Origin: Eledone cirrhosa
Lineage: Eukaryota
Direction: 5' to 3'
Assembly: GCA_964016885.1 (NCBI GenBank)
Contig: OZ024759.1
Location: 1,612,001-1,676,000 of the forward strand
DNA: 64,000 nt
The notes under the pieces were generated by a model. The model worked only from the letters and a program-made list of their open reading frames with translations. It ran no database searches and was not told the DNA's origin. Both the position numbers and the translations under genes were made by a program. Shown here one piece after another: positions 14,017 through 30,400 of this stretch (its first letter is position 1; each line of letters begins with the position of its first letter).

Positions 14017-17000
14017 GACACAGTCTATATTAGTAACATGACAAAGTCTATATTAGTAACATGACACAATCTATATTAGAAACATGACACAGTCTATATT
14101 AGTAACATGACACAGTCTATATTAGTAACATGACACAGTCTATATTAGTAACATTAGACAGTCTATATTAGTAGCATGACAAAGTCTATATTAGTAACAT
14201 GACACAGTCTACATTAGTAACATGACAAAGTCTATATTAGTAACATGACACAGTCTATATTAGTAACATGAGACAGTCTATATTAGTAACATGACAAAGT
14301 CTATATTAGTAACATGACAAAGTCTATATTAGTAAAATGACAAAGTCTATATTAGTAACATGACAAAGTCTTTATTAGTAACATGACACAGTCTATATTA
14401 GTAACATGACACAGTATATATTAGTAACATGACAAAGTCTATATTAGTAACATGACACAGTCTATATTAGTAACATGACACAGTCTATATTAGTAACATG
14501 ACAAAGTCTATATTAGTAACATGACAAAGTCTATATTAGTAACATGACAAAGTCTATATTAGTAACATGACAAAGTCTATATTAGTAAAATGACACAGTC
14601 TATATTAGTAACATGACAAAGTCTATATTAGTAACATGACACAGTCTATATTAGTAACATGACACAGTCTATATTAGTAGCATGACACAGTCTATATTAG
14701 TAACATGATACAGTCTATATTAGTAACATGACAAAGTCTATATTAGTAACATGACAAAGTCTATATTAGTAACATGACAAAGTCTATATTAGTAACATGA
14801 CACAGTCTATATTAGTAACATGACACAGTCTATATTAGTAACATGACAAAGTCTATATTAGTAACATGACACAGTCTATATTAGTAACATGACACAGTCT
14901 ATATTAGTAGCATGACACAGTCTATATTAGTAACATGATACAGTCTATATTAGTAACATGACAAAGTCTATATTAGTAACATGACAAAGTCTATATTAGT
15001 AAAATGACAAAGTCTATATTAGTAACATGACACAGTCTATATTAGTAACATGAGACAGTCTATATTAGTAACATGACTAAGTCTATATTAGTAACATGAC
15101 ACAGTCTATATTAGTAACATGACACAGTCTATATTAGTAACATGACACAGTCTATATTAGTAACATGAGACAGTCTATATTAGTAGCATGACAAAGTCTA
15201 TATTAGTAACATGACACAGTCTACATTAGTAACATGACAAAGTCTATATTAGTAACATGACACAGTCTATATTAGTAACATGAGACAGTCTATATTAGTA
15301 ACATGACTAAGTCTATATTAGTAACATGACACAGTCTATATTAGTAACATGACACAGTCTATATTAGTAACATGACAAAGTCTATATTAGTAACATGACA
15401 AAGTTTATATTAGTAACATGACAAAGTCTATATTAGTAACATGACACAGTCTATATTAGTAACATGACGAAGTCTATATTAGTAACATGACACAGTCTAT
15501 ATTAGTAACATGACACAGTCTATATTAGTAACATGACAAAGTCTATATTAGTAACATGACACAGTCTATATTAGTAAAATGACAAAGTCTATATTAGTAA
15601 CATGACAAAGTCTTTATTACTAACATGACACAGTCTATATTAGTAACATGACACAGTCTATATTAGTAACATGACAAAGTCTATATTAGTAACATGACAC
15701 AGTCTATATTAGTAACATGACACAGTCTATATTAGTAACATGACAAAGTCTATATTAGTAACATGACAAAGTCTATATTAGTAACATGACAAAGTCTATA
15801 TTAGTAACATGACAAAGTCTATATTAGTAGCATGACAAAGTCTGTATTAGTAACATGACAAGGTCAATATTAGTAACATGACAAAGTCTATATTAGTAAC
15901 ATGACAAAGTCTATATTAGTAACATGACACAGTCTATATTAGTAACATGACAAAGTCTATATTAGTAGCATGACAAAGTCTATATTAGTAACATGACAAA
16001 GTCTATATTAGTAACATGACAAAGTCTATATTAGTAACATGACAAAGTCTATATTAGTAACATGACAAAGTCTATATTAGTAACATGACAAAGTCTATAT
16101 TAGTAACATGACACAGTCTATATTAGTAACATGACAGTCTATATTAGTAACATGACAGTCTACATTAGTAACATGACACAGTCTATATTAGTAACATGAC
16201 AAAGTCGATATTAGTAACATGACAATGTCTATATTAGTAACATGACAAAGTCTATATTAGTAACATGACACAGTCTATATTACTAACATGACACAGCCTA
16301 TATTAGTAACATGACACAGTCTATATTAGTAACATGACAAAGTCTATATTAGTAACATGACAAAGTCTATATTAGTAACATGACAAAGTCTATATTAGTA
16401 ACATGACACAGTCTATATTAGTAGCATGACACAGTCCATATTAGTAACATGATACAGTCTATATTAGTAACATGACAAAGTCTATATTAGTAACATGACA
16501 AAGTCTATATTAGTAAAATGACAAAGTCTATATTAGTAACATGACAAAGTCTTTATTAGTAACATGACACAGTCTATATTAGTAACATGACACAGTCTAT
16601 ATTAGTAACATGACAAAGTCTATATTAGTAACATGACAAAGTCTATATTAGTAACATGACACAGTCTATATTAGTAACATGACACAGTCTATATTAGTAA
16701 CATGACAAAGTCTATATTAGTAACATGACAAAATCTATATTAGTAACATGACACAGTCTATATTAGTAACATGACACAGTCTATATTAGTAACATGACAC
16801 AGTCTATATTAGTAACATTAGACAGTCTATATTAGTAGCATGACAAAGTCTATATTAGTAACATGACACAGTCTACATTAGTAACATGACAAAGTCTATA
16901 TTAGTAACATGACACAGTCTATATTAGTAACATGAGACAGTCTATATTAGTAACATGACAAAGTCTATATTAGTAACATGACAAAGTCTATATTAGCAAA

Positions 17001-20000
17001 ATGACACAGTCTATATTAGTAACATGACACAGTCTATATTAGTAACATGACAAAGTCTATATTAGTAACATGACAAAGTCTATATTAGTAACATGACAAA
17101 GTCTATATTAGTAACATGACAAAGTCTATATTAGTAGCATGACAAAGTCTGTATTAGTAACATGACACAGTCTATATTAGTAACATGACAAAGTCTATAT
17201 TAGTAACATGACAAAGTCTATATTAGTAACATGACAAAGTCTATATTAGTAACATGACAAAGTCTATATTAGTAACATGACAAAATCTATATTAGTAACA
17301 TGACACAGTCTATATTAGTAACATGACACAATCTATATTAGTAACATGACACAGTCTATATTAGTAACATTAGACAGTCTATATTAGTAGCATGACAAAG
17401 TCTATATTAGTAACATGACACAGTCTACATTAGTAACATGACAAAGTCTATATTAGTAACATGACACAGTCTATATTAGTAACATGAGACAGTCTATATT
17501 AGTAACATGACAAAGTCTATATTAGTAACATGACAAAGTCTATATTAGTAACATGACAAAGTCTATATTAGTAAAATGACAAAGTCTATATTAGTAACAT
17601 GACAAAGTCTTTATTAGTAACATGACACAGTCTATATTAGTAACATGACACAGTATATATTAGTAACATGACAAAGTCTATATTAGTAACATGACACAGT
17701 CTATATTAGTAACATGACACAGTCTATATTAGTAACATGACAAAGTCTATATTAGTAACATGACAAAGTCTATATTAGTAACATGACAAAGTCTATATTA
17801 GTAACATGACAAAGTCTATATTAGTAAAATGACACAGTCTATATTAGTAACATGACAAAGTCTATATTAGTAACATGACACAGTCTATATTAGTAACATG
17901 ACACAGTCTATATTAGTAGCATGACACAGTCTATATTAGTAACATGATACAGTCTATATTAGTAACATGACAAAGTCTATATTAGTAACATGACAAAGTC
18001 TATATTAGTAACATGACAAAGTCTATATTAGTAACATGACACAGTCTATATTAGTAACATGACACAGTCTATATTAGTAACATGACAAAGTCTATATTAG
18101 TAACATGACACAGTCTATATTAGTAACATGACACAGTCTATATTAGTAGCATGACACAGTCTATATTAGTAACATGATACAGTCTATATTAGTAACATGA
18201 CAAAGTCTATATTAGTAACATGACAAAGTCTATATTAGTAAAATGACAAAGTCTATATTAGTAACATGACAAAGTCTTTATTAGTAACATGACACAGTCT
18301 ATATTAGTAACATGACACAGTCTATATTAGTAACATGACAAAGTCTATATTAGTAACATGACAAAGTCTATATTAGTAACATGACACAGTCTATATTAGT
18401 AACATCACACAGTCTATATTAGTAACATGACAAAGTCTATATTAGTAACATGACAAAGTCTATATTAGTAACATGACACAGTCTATATTAGTAACATGAC
18501 ACAGTCTATATTAGTAACATGACACAGTCTATATTAGTAACATGAGACAGTCTATATTAGTAGCATGACAAAGTCTATATTAGTAACATGACACAGTCTA
18601 CATTAGTAACATGACAAAGTCTATATTAGTAACATGACACAGTCTATATTAGTAACATGAGACAGTCTATATTAGTAACATGACTAAGTCTATATTAGTA
18701 ACATGACACAGTCTATATTAGTAACATGACACAGTCTATATTAGTAACATGACAAAGTCTATATTAGTAACATGACAAAGTTTATATTAGTAACATGACA
18801 AAGTCTATATTAGTAACATGACACAGTCTATATTAGTAACATGACGAAGTCTATATTAGTAACATGACACAGTCTATATTAGTAACATGACACAGTCTAT
18901 ATTAGTAACATGACAAAGTCTATATTAGTAACATGACACAGTCTATATTAGTAAAATGACAAAGTCTATATTAGTAACATGACAAAGTCTTTATTACTAA
19001 CATGACACAGTCTATATTAGTAACATGACACAGTCTATATTAGTAACATGACAAAGTCTATATTAGTAACATGACACAGTCTATATTAGTAACATGACAC
19101 AGTCTATATTAGTAACATGACAAAGTCTATATTAGTAACATGACAAAGTCTATATTAGTAACATGACAAAGTCTATATTAGTAACATGACAAAGTCTATA
19201 TTAGTAGCATGACAAAGTATGTATTAGTAACATGACAAGGTCAATATTAGTAACATGACAAAGTCTATATTAGTAGCATGACAAAGTCTATATTAGTAAC
19301 ATGACAAAGTCTATATTAGTAACATGACAAAGTCTATATTAGTAACATGACAAAGTCTATATTAGTAACATGACAACGTCTATATTAGTAACATGACAAA
19401 GTCTATATTAGTAACATGACACAGTCTATATTAGTAACATGACAGTCTATATTAGTAACATGACAGTCTACATTAGTAACATGACACAGTCTATATTAGT
19501 AACATGACAAAGTCGATATTAGTAACATGACAATGTCTATATTAGTAACATGACAAAGTCTATATTAGTAACATGACACAGTCTATATTACTAACATGAC
19601 ACAGCCTATATTAGTAACATGACACAGTCTATATTAGTAACATGACAAAGTCTATATTAGTAACATGACAAAGTCTATATTAGTAACATGACAAAGTCTA
19701 TATTAGTAACATGACACAGTCTATATTAGTAACATGACACAGTCTATATTAGTAGCATGACACAGTCCATATTAGTAACATGATACAGTCTATATTAGTA
19801 ACATGACAAAGTCTATATTAGTAACATGACAAAGTCTATATTAGTAAAATGACAAAGTCTATATTAGTAACATGACAAAGTCTTTATTAGTAACATGACA
19901 CAGTCTATATTAGTAACATGACACAGTCTATATTAGTAACATGACAAAGTCTATATTAGTAACATGACAAAGTCTATATTAGTAACATGACACAGTCTAT

Positions 20001-23000
20001 ATTAGTAACATGACACAGTCTATATTAGTAACATGACAAAGTCTATATTAGTAACATGACACAATCTATATTAGTAACATGACACAGTCTATATTAGTAA
20101 CATGACACAGTCTATATTAGTAACATGACACAGTCTATATTAGTAACATTAGACAGTCTATATTAGTAGCATGACAAAGTCTATATTAGTAACATGACAC
20201 AGTCTACATTAGTAACATGACAAAGTCTATATTAGTAACATGACACAGTCTATATTAGTAACATGAGACAGTCTATATTAGTAACATGACAAAGTCTATA
20301 TTAGTAACATGACAAAGTCTATATTAGTAAAATGACAAAGTCTATATTAGTAACATGACAAAGTCTTTATTAGTAACATGACACAGTCTATATTAGTAAC
20401 ATGACACAGTATATATTAGTAACATGACAAAGTCTATATTAGTAACATGACACAGTCTATATTAGTAACATGACACAGTCTATATTAGTAACATGACAAA
20501 GTCTATATTAGTAACATGACAAAGTCTATATTAGTAACATGACAAAGTCTATATTAGTAACATGACAAAGTCTATATTAGTAAAATGACACAGTCTATAT
20601 TAGTAACATGACAAAGTCTATATTAGTAACATGACACAGTCTATATTAGTAACATGACACAGTCTATATTAGTAGCATGACACAGTCTATATTAGTAACA
20701 TGATACAGTCTATATTAGTAACATGACAAAGTCTATATTAGTAACATGACAAAGTCTATATTAGTAACATGACAAAGTCTATATTAGTAACATGACACAG
20801 TCTATATTAGTAACATGACACAGTCTATATTAGTAACATGACAAAGTCTATATTAGTAACATGACACAGTCTATATTAGTAACATGACACAGTCTATATT
20901 AGTAGCATGACACAGTCTATATTAGTAACATGATACAGTCTATATTAGTAACATGACAAAGTCTATATTAGTAACATGACAAAGTCTATATTAGTAAAAT
21001 GACAAAGTCTATATTAGTAACATGACACAGTCTATATTAGTAACATGAGACAGTCTATATTAGTAACATGACTAAGTCTATATTAGTAACATGACACAGT
21101 CTATATTAGTAACATGACACAGTCTATATTAGTAACATGACACAGTCTATATTAGTAACATGAGACAGTCTATATTAGTAGCATGACAAAGTCTATATTA
21201 GTAACATGACACAGTCTACATTAGTAACATGACAAAGTCTATATTAGTAACATGACACAGTCTATATTAGTAACATGAGACAGTCTATATTAGTAACATG
21301 ACTAAGTCTATATTAGTAACATGACACAGTCTATATTAGTAACATGACACAGTCTATATTAGTAACATGACAAAGTCTATATTAGTAACATGACAAAGTT
21401 TATATTAGTAACATGACAAAGTCTATATTAGTAACATGACACAGTCTATATTAGTAACATGACGAAGTCTATATTAGTAACATGACACAGTCTATATTAG
21501 TAACATGACACAGTCTATATTAGTAACATGACAAAGTCTATATTAGTAACATGACACAGTCTATATTAGTAAAATGACAAAGTCTATATTAGTAACATGA
21601 CAAAGTCTTTATTACTAACATGACACAGTCTATATTAGTAACATGACACAGTCTATATTAGTAACATGACAAAGTCTATATTAGTAACATGACACAGTCT
21701 ATATTAGTAACATGACACAGTCTATATTAGTAACATGACAAAGTCTATATTAGTAACATGACAAAGTCTATATTAGTAACATGACAAAGTCTATATTAGT
21801 AACATGACAAAGTCTATATTAGTAGCATGACAAAGTCTGTATTAGTAACATGACAAGGTCAATATTAGTAACATGACAAAGTCTATATTAGTAACATGAC
21901 AAAGTCTATATTAGTAACATGACACAGTCTATATTAGTAACATGACAAAGTCTATATTAGTAGCATGACAAAGTCTATATTAGTAACATGACAAAGTCTA
22001 TATTAGTAACATGACAAAGTCTATATTAGTAACATGACAAAGTCTATATTAGTAACATGACAAAGTCTATATTAGTAACATGACAAAGTCTATATTAGTA
22101 ACATGACACAGTCTATATTAGTAACATGACAGTCTATATTAGTAACATGACAGTCTACATTAGTAACATGACACAGTCTATATTAGTAACATGACAAAGT
22201 CGATATTAGTAACATGACAATGTCTATATTAGTAACATGACAAAGTCTATATTAGTAACATGACACAGTCTATATTACTAACATGACACAGCCTATATTA
22301 GTAACATGACACAGTCTATATTAGTAACATGACAAAGTCTATATTAGTAACATGACAAAGTCTATATTAGTAACATGACAAAGTCTATATTAGTAACATG
22401 ACACAGTCTATATTAGTAGCATGACACAGTCCATATTAGTAACATGATACAGTCTATATTAGTAACATGACAAAGTCTATATTAGTAACATGACAAAGTC
22501 TATATTAGTAAAATGACAAAGTCTATATTAGTAACATGACAAAGTCTTTATTAGTAACATGACACAGTCTATATTAGTAACATGACACAGTCTATATTAG
22601 TAACATGACAAAGTCTATATTAGTAACATGACAAAGTCTATATTAGTAACATGACACAGTCTATATTAGTAACATGACACAGTCTATATTAGTAACATGA
22701 CAAAGTCTATATTAGTAACATGACAAAATCTATATTAGTAACATGACACAGTCTATATTAGTAACATGACACAGTCTATATTAGTAACATGACACAGTCT
22801 ATATTAGTAACATTAGACAGTCTATATTAGTAGCATGACAAAGTCTATATTAGTAACATGACACAGTCTACATTAGTAACATGACAAAGTCTATATTAGT
22901 AACATGACACAGTCTATATTAGTAACATGAGACAGTCTATATTAGTAACATGACAAAGTCTATATTAGTAACATGACAAAGTCTATATTAGCAAAATGAC

Positions 23001-24472
23001 ACAGTCTATATTAGTAACATGACACTGTCTATATTAGTAACATGACAAAGTCTATATTAGTAACATGACAAAGTCTATATTAGTAACATGACAAAGTCTA
23101 TATTAGTAACATGACAAAGTCTATATTAGTAGCATGACAAAGTATGTATTAGTAACATGACACAGTCTATATTAGTAACATGACAAAGTCTATATTAGTA
23201 ACATGACAAAGTCTATATTAGTAACATGACAAAGTCTATATTAGTAACATGACAAAGTCTATATTAGTAACATGACAAAATCTATATTAGTAACATGACA
23301 CAGTCTATATTAGTAACATGACACAATCTATATTAGTAACATGACACAGTCTATATTAGTAACATTAGACAGTCTATATTAGTAGCATGACAAAGTCTAT
23401 ATTAGTAACATGACACAGTCTACATTAGTAACATGACAAAGTCTATATTAGTAACATGACACAGTCTATATTAGTAACATGAGACAGTCTATATTAGTAA
23501 CATGACAAAGTCTATATTAGTAACATGACAAAGTCTATATTAGTAACATGACAAAGTCTATATTAGTAAAATGACAAAGTCTATATTAGTAACATGACAA
23601 AGTCTTTATTAGTAACATGACACAGTCTATATTAGTAACATGACACAGTATATATTAGTAACATGACAAAGTCTATATTAGTAACATGACACAGTCTATA
23701 TTAGTAACATGACACAGTCTATATTAGTAACATGACAAAGTCTATATTAGTAACATGACAAAGTCTATATTAGTAACATGACAAAGTCTATATTAGTAAC
23801 ATGACACAGTCTATATTAGTAAAATGACACAGTCTATATTAGTAACATGACAAAGTCTATATTAGTAACATGACACAGTCTATATTAGTAACATGACACA
23901 GTCTATATTAGTAGCATGACACAGTCTATATTAGTAACATGATACAGTCTATATTAGTAACATGACAAAGTCTATATTAGTAACATGACAAAGTCTATAT
24001 TAGTAACATGACAAAGTCTATATTAGTAACATGACACAGTCTATATTAGTAACATGACACAGTCTATATTAGTAACATGACAAAGTCTATATTAGTAACA
24101 TGACACAGTCTATATTAGTAACATGACACAGTCTATATTAGTAGCATGACACAGTCTATATTAATAACATGATACAGTCTATATTAGTAACATGACAAAG
24201 TCTATATTAGTAACATGACAAAGTCTATATTAGTAAAATGACAAAGTCTATATTAGTAACATGACAAAGTCTTTATTAGTAACATGACACAGTCTATATT
24301 AGTAACATGACACAGTCTATATTAGTAACATGACAAAGTCTATATTAGTAACATGACAAAGTCTATATTAGTAACATGACACAGTCTATATTAGTAACAT
24401 CACACAGTCTATATTAGTAACATGACAAAGTCTATATTAGTAACATGACAAAGTCTATATTAGTAACATGAC
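12168..24472. repeat. 5,995-bp higher-order repeat (261 monomers), ~2 copies, each made of related 2,687-bp and 3,308-bp halves
   Basis: Offset of 5,995 for GTCGAT 13520/19515 and 16207/22202, and for ATCACAC 12411/18406/24401. The copies differ at a few sites (e.g. 14080, 19377, 23026, 24164). Confidence 0.9.
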
Positions 24473-27400
24473 GAAGTCTATATTAGTAACATGACAAAGT
24501 CTATATTAGTAACATGACACAGTCTATATTACTAACATGACACAGCCTATATTAGTAACATGACACAGTCTATATTAGTAACATGACAAAGTCTATATTA
24601 GTAACATGACAAAGTCTATATTAGTAACATGACAAAGTCTATATTAGTAACATGACACAGTCTATATTAGTAACATGACACAGTCTATATTAGTAGCATG
24701 ACACAGTCCATATTAGTAACATGATACAGTCTATATTAGTAACATGACAAAGTCTATATTAGTAACATGACAAAGTCTATATTAGTAAAATGACAAAGTC
24801 TATATTAGTAACATGACAAAGTCTTTATTAGTAACATGACACAGTCTATATTAGTAACATGACACAGTCTATATTAGTAACATGACAAAGTCTATATTAG
24901 TAACATGACAAAGTCTATATTAGTAACATGACACAGTCTATATTAGTAACATGACACAGTCTATATTAGTAACATGACAAAGTCTATATTAGTAACATGA
25001 CACAATCTATATTAGTAACATGACACAGTCTATATTAGTAACATGACACAGTCTATATTAGTAACATGACACAGTCTATATTAGTAACATTAGACAGTCT
25101 ATATTAGTAGCATGACAAAGTCTATATTAGTAACATGACACAGTCTACATTAGTAACATGACAAAGTCTATATTAGTAACATGACACAGTCTATATTAGT
25201 AACATGAGACAGTCTATATTAGTAACATGACAAAGTCTATATTAGTAACATGACAAAGTCTATATTAGTAAAATGACAAAGTCTATATTAGTAACATGAC
25301 AAAGTCTTTATTAGTAACATGACACAGTCTATATTAGTAACATGACACAGTATATATTAGTAACATGACAAAGTCTATATTAGTAACATGACACAGTCTA
25401 TATTAGTAACATGACACAGTCTATATTAGTAACATGACAAAGTCTATATTAGTAACATGACAAAGTCTATATTAGTAACATGACAAAGTCTATATTAGTA
25501 ACATGACAAAGTCTATATTAGTAAAATGACACAGTCTATATTAGTAACATGACAAAGTCTATATTAGTAACATGACACAGTCTATATTAGTAACATGACA
25601 CAGTCTATATTAGTAGCATGACACAGTCTATATTAGTAACATGATACAGTCTATATTAGTAACATGACAAAGTCTATATTAGTAACATGACAAAGTCTAT
25701 ATTAGTAACATGACAAAGTCTATATTAGTAACATGACACAGTCTATATTAGTAACATGACACAGTCTATATTAGTAACATGACAAAGTCTATATTAGTAA
25801 CATGACACAGTCTATATTAGTAACATGACACAGTCTATATTAGTAGCATGACACAGTCTATATTAGTAACATGATACAGTCTATATTAGTAACATGACAA
25901 AGTCTATATTAGTAACATGACAAAGTCTATATTAGTAAAATGACAAAGTCTATATTAGTAACATGACACAGTCTATATTAGTAACATGAGACAGTCTATA
26001 TTAGTAACATGACTAAGTCTATATTAGTAACATGACACAGTCTATATTAGTAACATGACACAGTCTATATTAGTAACATGACACAGTCTATATTAGTAAC
26101 ATGAGACAGTCTATATTAGTAGCATGACAAAGTCTATATTAGTAACATGACACAGTCTACATTAGTAACATGACAAAGTCTATATTAGTAACATGACACA
26201 GTCTATATTAGTAACATGAGACAGTCTATATTAGTAACATGACTAAGTCTATATTAGTAACATGACACAGTCTATATTAGTAACATGACACAGTCTATAT
26301 TAGTAACATGACAAAGTCTATATTAGTAACATGACAAAGTTTATATTAGTAACATGACAAAGTCTATATTAGTAACATGACACAGTCTATATTAGTAACA
26401 TGACGAAGTCTATATTAGTAACATGACACAGTCTATATTAGTAACATGACACAGTCTATATTAGTAACATGACAAAGTCTATATTAGTAACATGACACAG
26501 TCTATATTAGTAAAATGACAAAGTCTATATTAGTAACATGACAAAGTCTTTATTACTAACATGACACAGTCTATATTAGTAACATGACACAGTCTATATT
26601 AGTAACATGACAAAGTCTATATTAGTAACATGACACAGTCTATATTAGTAACATGACACAGTCTATATTAGTAACATGACAAAGTCTATATTAGTAACAT
26701 GACAAAGTCTATATTAGTAACATGACAAAGTCTATATTAGTAACATGACAAAGTCTATATTAGTAGCATGACAAAGTCTGTATTAGTAACATGACAAGGT
26801 CAATATTAGTAACATGACAAAGTCTATATTAGTAACATGACAAAGTCTATATTAGTAACATGACACAGTCTATATTAGTAACATGACAAAGTCTATATTA
26901 GTAGCATGACAAAGTCTATATTAGTAACATGACAAAGTCTATATTAGTAACATGACAAAGTCTATATTAGTAACATGACAAAGTCTATATTAGTAACATG
27001 ACAAAGTCTATATTAGTAACATGACAAAGTCTATATTAGTAACATGACACAGTCTATATTAGTAACATGACAGTCTATATTAGTAACATGACAGTCTACA
27101 TTAGTAACATGACACAGTCTATATTAGTAACATGACAAAGTCGATATTAGTAACATGACAATGTCTATATTAGTAACATGACAAAGTCTATATTAGTAAC
27201 ATGACACAGTCTATATTACTAACATGACACAGCCTATATTAGTAACATGACACAGTCTATATTAGTAACATGACAAAGTCTATATTAGTAACATGACAAA
27301 GTCTATATTAGTAACATGACAAAGTCTATATTAGTAACATGACACAGTCTATATTAGTAGCATGACACAGTCCATATTAGTAACATGATACAGTCTATAT

Positions 27401-30400
27401 TAGTAACATGACAAAGTCTATATTAGTAACATGACAAAGTCTATATTAGTAAAATGACAAAGTCTATATTAGTAACATGACAAAGTCTTTATTAGTAACA
27501 TGACACAGTCTATATTAGTAACATGACACAGTCTATATTAGTAACATGACAAAGTCTATATTAGTAACATGACAAAGTCTATATTAGTAACATGACACAG
27601 TCTATATTAGTAACATGACACAGTCTATATTAGTAACATGACAAAGTCTATATTAGTAACATGACAAAATCTATATTAGTAACATGACACAGTCTATATT
27701 AGTAACATGACACAGTCTATATTAGTAACATGACACAGTCTATATTAGTAACATTAGACAGTCTATATTAGTAGCATGACAAAGTCTATATTAGTAACAT
27801 GACACAGTCTACATTAGTAACATGACAAAGTCTATATTAGTAACATGACACAGTCTATATTAGTAACATGAGACAGTCTATATTAGTAACATGACAAAGT
27901 CTATATTAGTAACATGACAAAGTCTATATTAGCAAAATGACACAGTCTATATTAGTAACATGACACTGTCTATATTAGTAACATGACAAAGTCTATATTA
28001 GTAACATGACAAAGTCTATATTAGTAACATGACAAAGTCTATATTAGTAACATGACAAAGTCTATATTAGTAGCATGACAAAGTATGTATTAGTAACATG
28101 ACACAGTCTATATTAGTAACATGACAAAGTCTATATTAGTAACATGACAAAGTCTATATTAGTAACATGACAAAGTCTATATTAGTAACATGACAAAGTC
28201 TATATTAGTAACATGACAAAATCTATATTAGTAACATGACACAGTCTATATTAGTAACATGACACAATCTATATTAGTAACATGACACAGTCTATATTAG
28301 TAACATTAGACAGTCTATATTAGTAGCATGACAAAGTCTATATTAGTAACATGACACAGTCTACATTAGTAACATGACAAAGTCTATATTAGTAACATGA
28401 CACAGTCTATATTAGTAACATGAGACAGTCTATATTAGTAACATGACAAAGTCTATATTAGTAACATGACAAAGTCTATATTAGTAACATGACAAAGTCT
28501 ATATTAGTAAAATGACAAAGTCTATATTAGTAACATGACAAAGTCTTTATTAGTAACATGACACAGTCTATATTAGTAACATGACACAGTATATATTAGT
28601 AACATGACAAAGTCTATATTAGTAACATGACACAGTCTATATTAGTAACATGACACAGTCTATATTAGTAACATGACAAAGTCTATATTAGTAACATGAC
28701 AAAGTCTATATTAGTAACATGACAAAGTCTATATTAGTAACATGACACAGTCTATATTAGTAAAATGACACAGTCTATATTAGTAACATGACAAAGTCTA
28801 TATTAGTAACATGACACAGTCTATATTAGTAACATGACACAGTCTATATTAGTAGCATGACACAGTCTATATTAGTAACATGATACAGTCTATATTAGTA
28901 ACATGACAAAGTCTATATTAGTAACATGACAAAGTCTATATTAGTAACATGACAAAGTCTATATTAGTAACATGACACAGTCTATATTAGTAACATGACA
29001 CAGTCTATATTAGTAACATGACAAAGTCTATATTAGTAACATGACACAGTCTATATTAGTAACATGACACAGTCTATATTAGTAGCATGACACAGTCTAT
29101 ATTAATAACATGATACAGTCTATATTAGTAACATGACAAAGTCTATATTAGTAACATGACAAAGTCTATATTAGTAAAATGACAAAGTCTATATTAGTAA
29201 CATGACAAAGTCTTTATTAGTAACATGACACAGTCTATATTAGTAACATGACACAGTCTATATTAGTAACATGACAAAGTCTATATTAGTAACATGACAA
29301 AGTCTATATTAGTAACATGACACAGTCTATATTAGTAACATCACACAGTCTATATTAGTAACATGACAAAGTCTATATTAGTAACATGACAAAGTCTATA
29401 TTAGTAACATGACACAGTCTATATTAGTAACATGACACAGTCTATATTAGTAACATGACACAGTCTATATTAGTAACATGAGACAGTCTATATTAGTAGC
29501 ATGACAAAGTCTATATTAGTAACATGACACAGTCTACATTAGTAACATGACAAAGTCTATATTAGTAACATGACACAGTCTATATTAGTAACATGAGACA
29601 GTCTATATTAGTAACATGACTAAGTCTATATTAGTAACATGACACAGTCTATATTAGTAACATGACACAGTCTATATTAGTAACATGACAAAGTCTATAT
29701 TAGTAACATGACAAAGTTTATATTAGTAACATGACAAAGTCTATATTAGTAACATGACACAGTCTATATTAGTAACATGACGAAGTCTATATTAGTAACA
29801 TGACACAGTCTATATTAGTAACATGACACAGTCTATATTAGTAACATGACAAAGTCTATATTAGTAACATGACACAGTCTATATTAGTAAAATGACAAAG
29901 TCTATATTAGTAACATGACAACGTCTTTATTACTAACATGACACAGTCTATATTAGTAACATGACACAGTCTATATTAGTAACATGACAAAGTCTATATT
30001 AGTAACATGACCAAGTCTATATTAGTAACATGACAAAGTCTATATTAGTAACATGACAAAGTCTATATTAGTAGCATGACAAAGTATGTATTAGTAACAT
30101 GACAAGGTCAATATTAGTAACATGACAAAGTCTATATTAGTAACATGACAAAGTCTATATTAGTAACATGCCACAGTCTATATTAGTAACATGACAAAGT
30201 CTATATTAGTAGCATGACAAAGTCTATATTAGTAACATGACAAAGTCTATATTAGTAACATGACAAAGTCTATATTAGTAACATGACAAAGTCTATATTA
30301 GTAACATGACAAAGTCTATATTAGTAACATGACAAAGTCTATATTAGTAACATGACACAGTCTATATTAGTAACATGACAGTCTATATTAGTAACATGAC

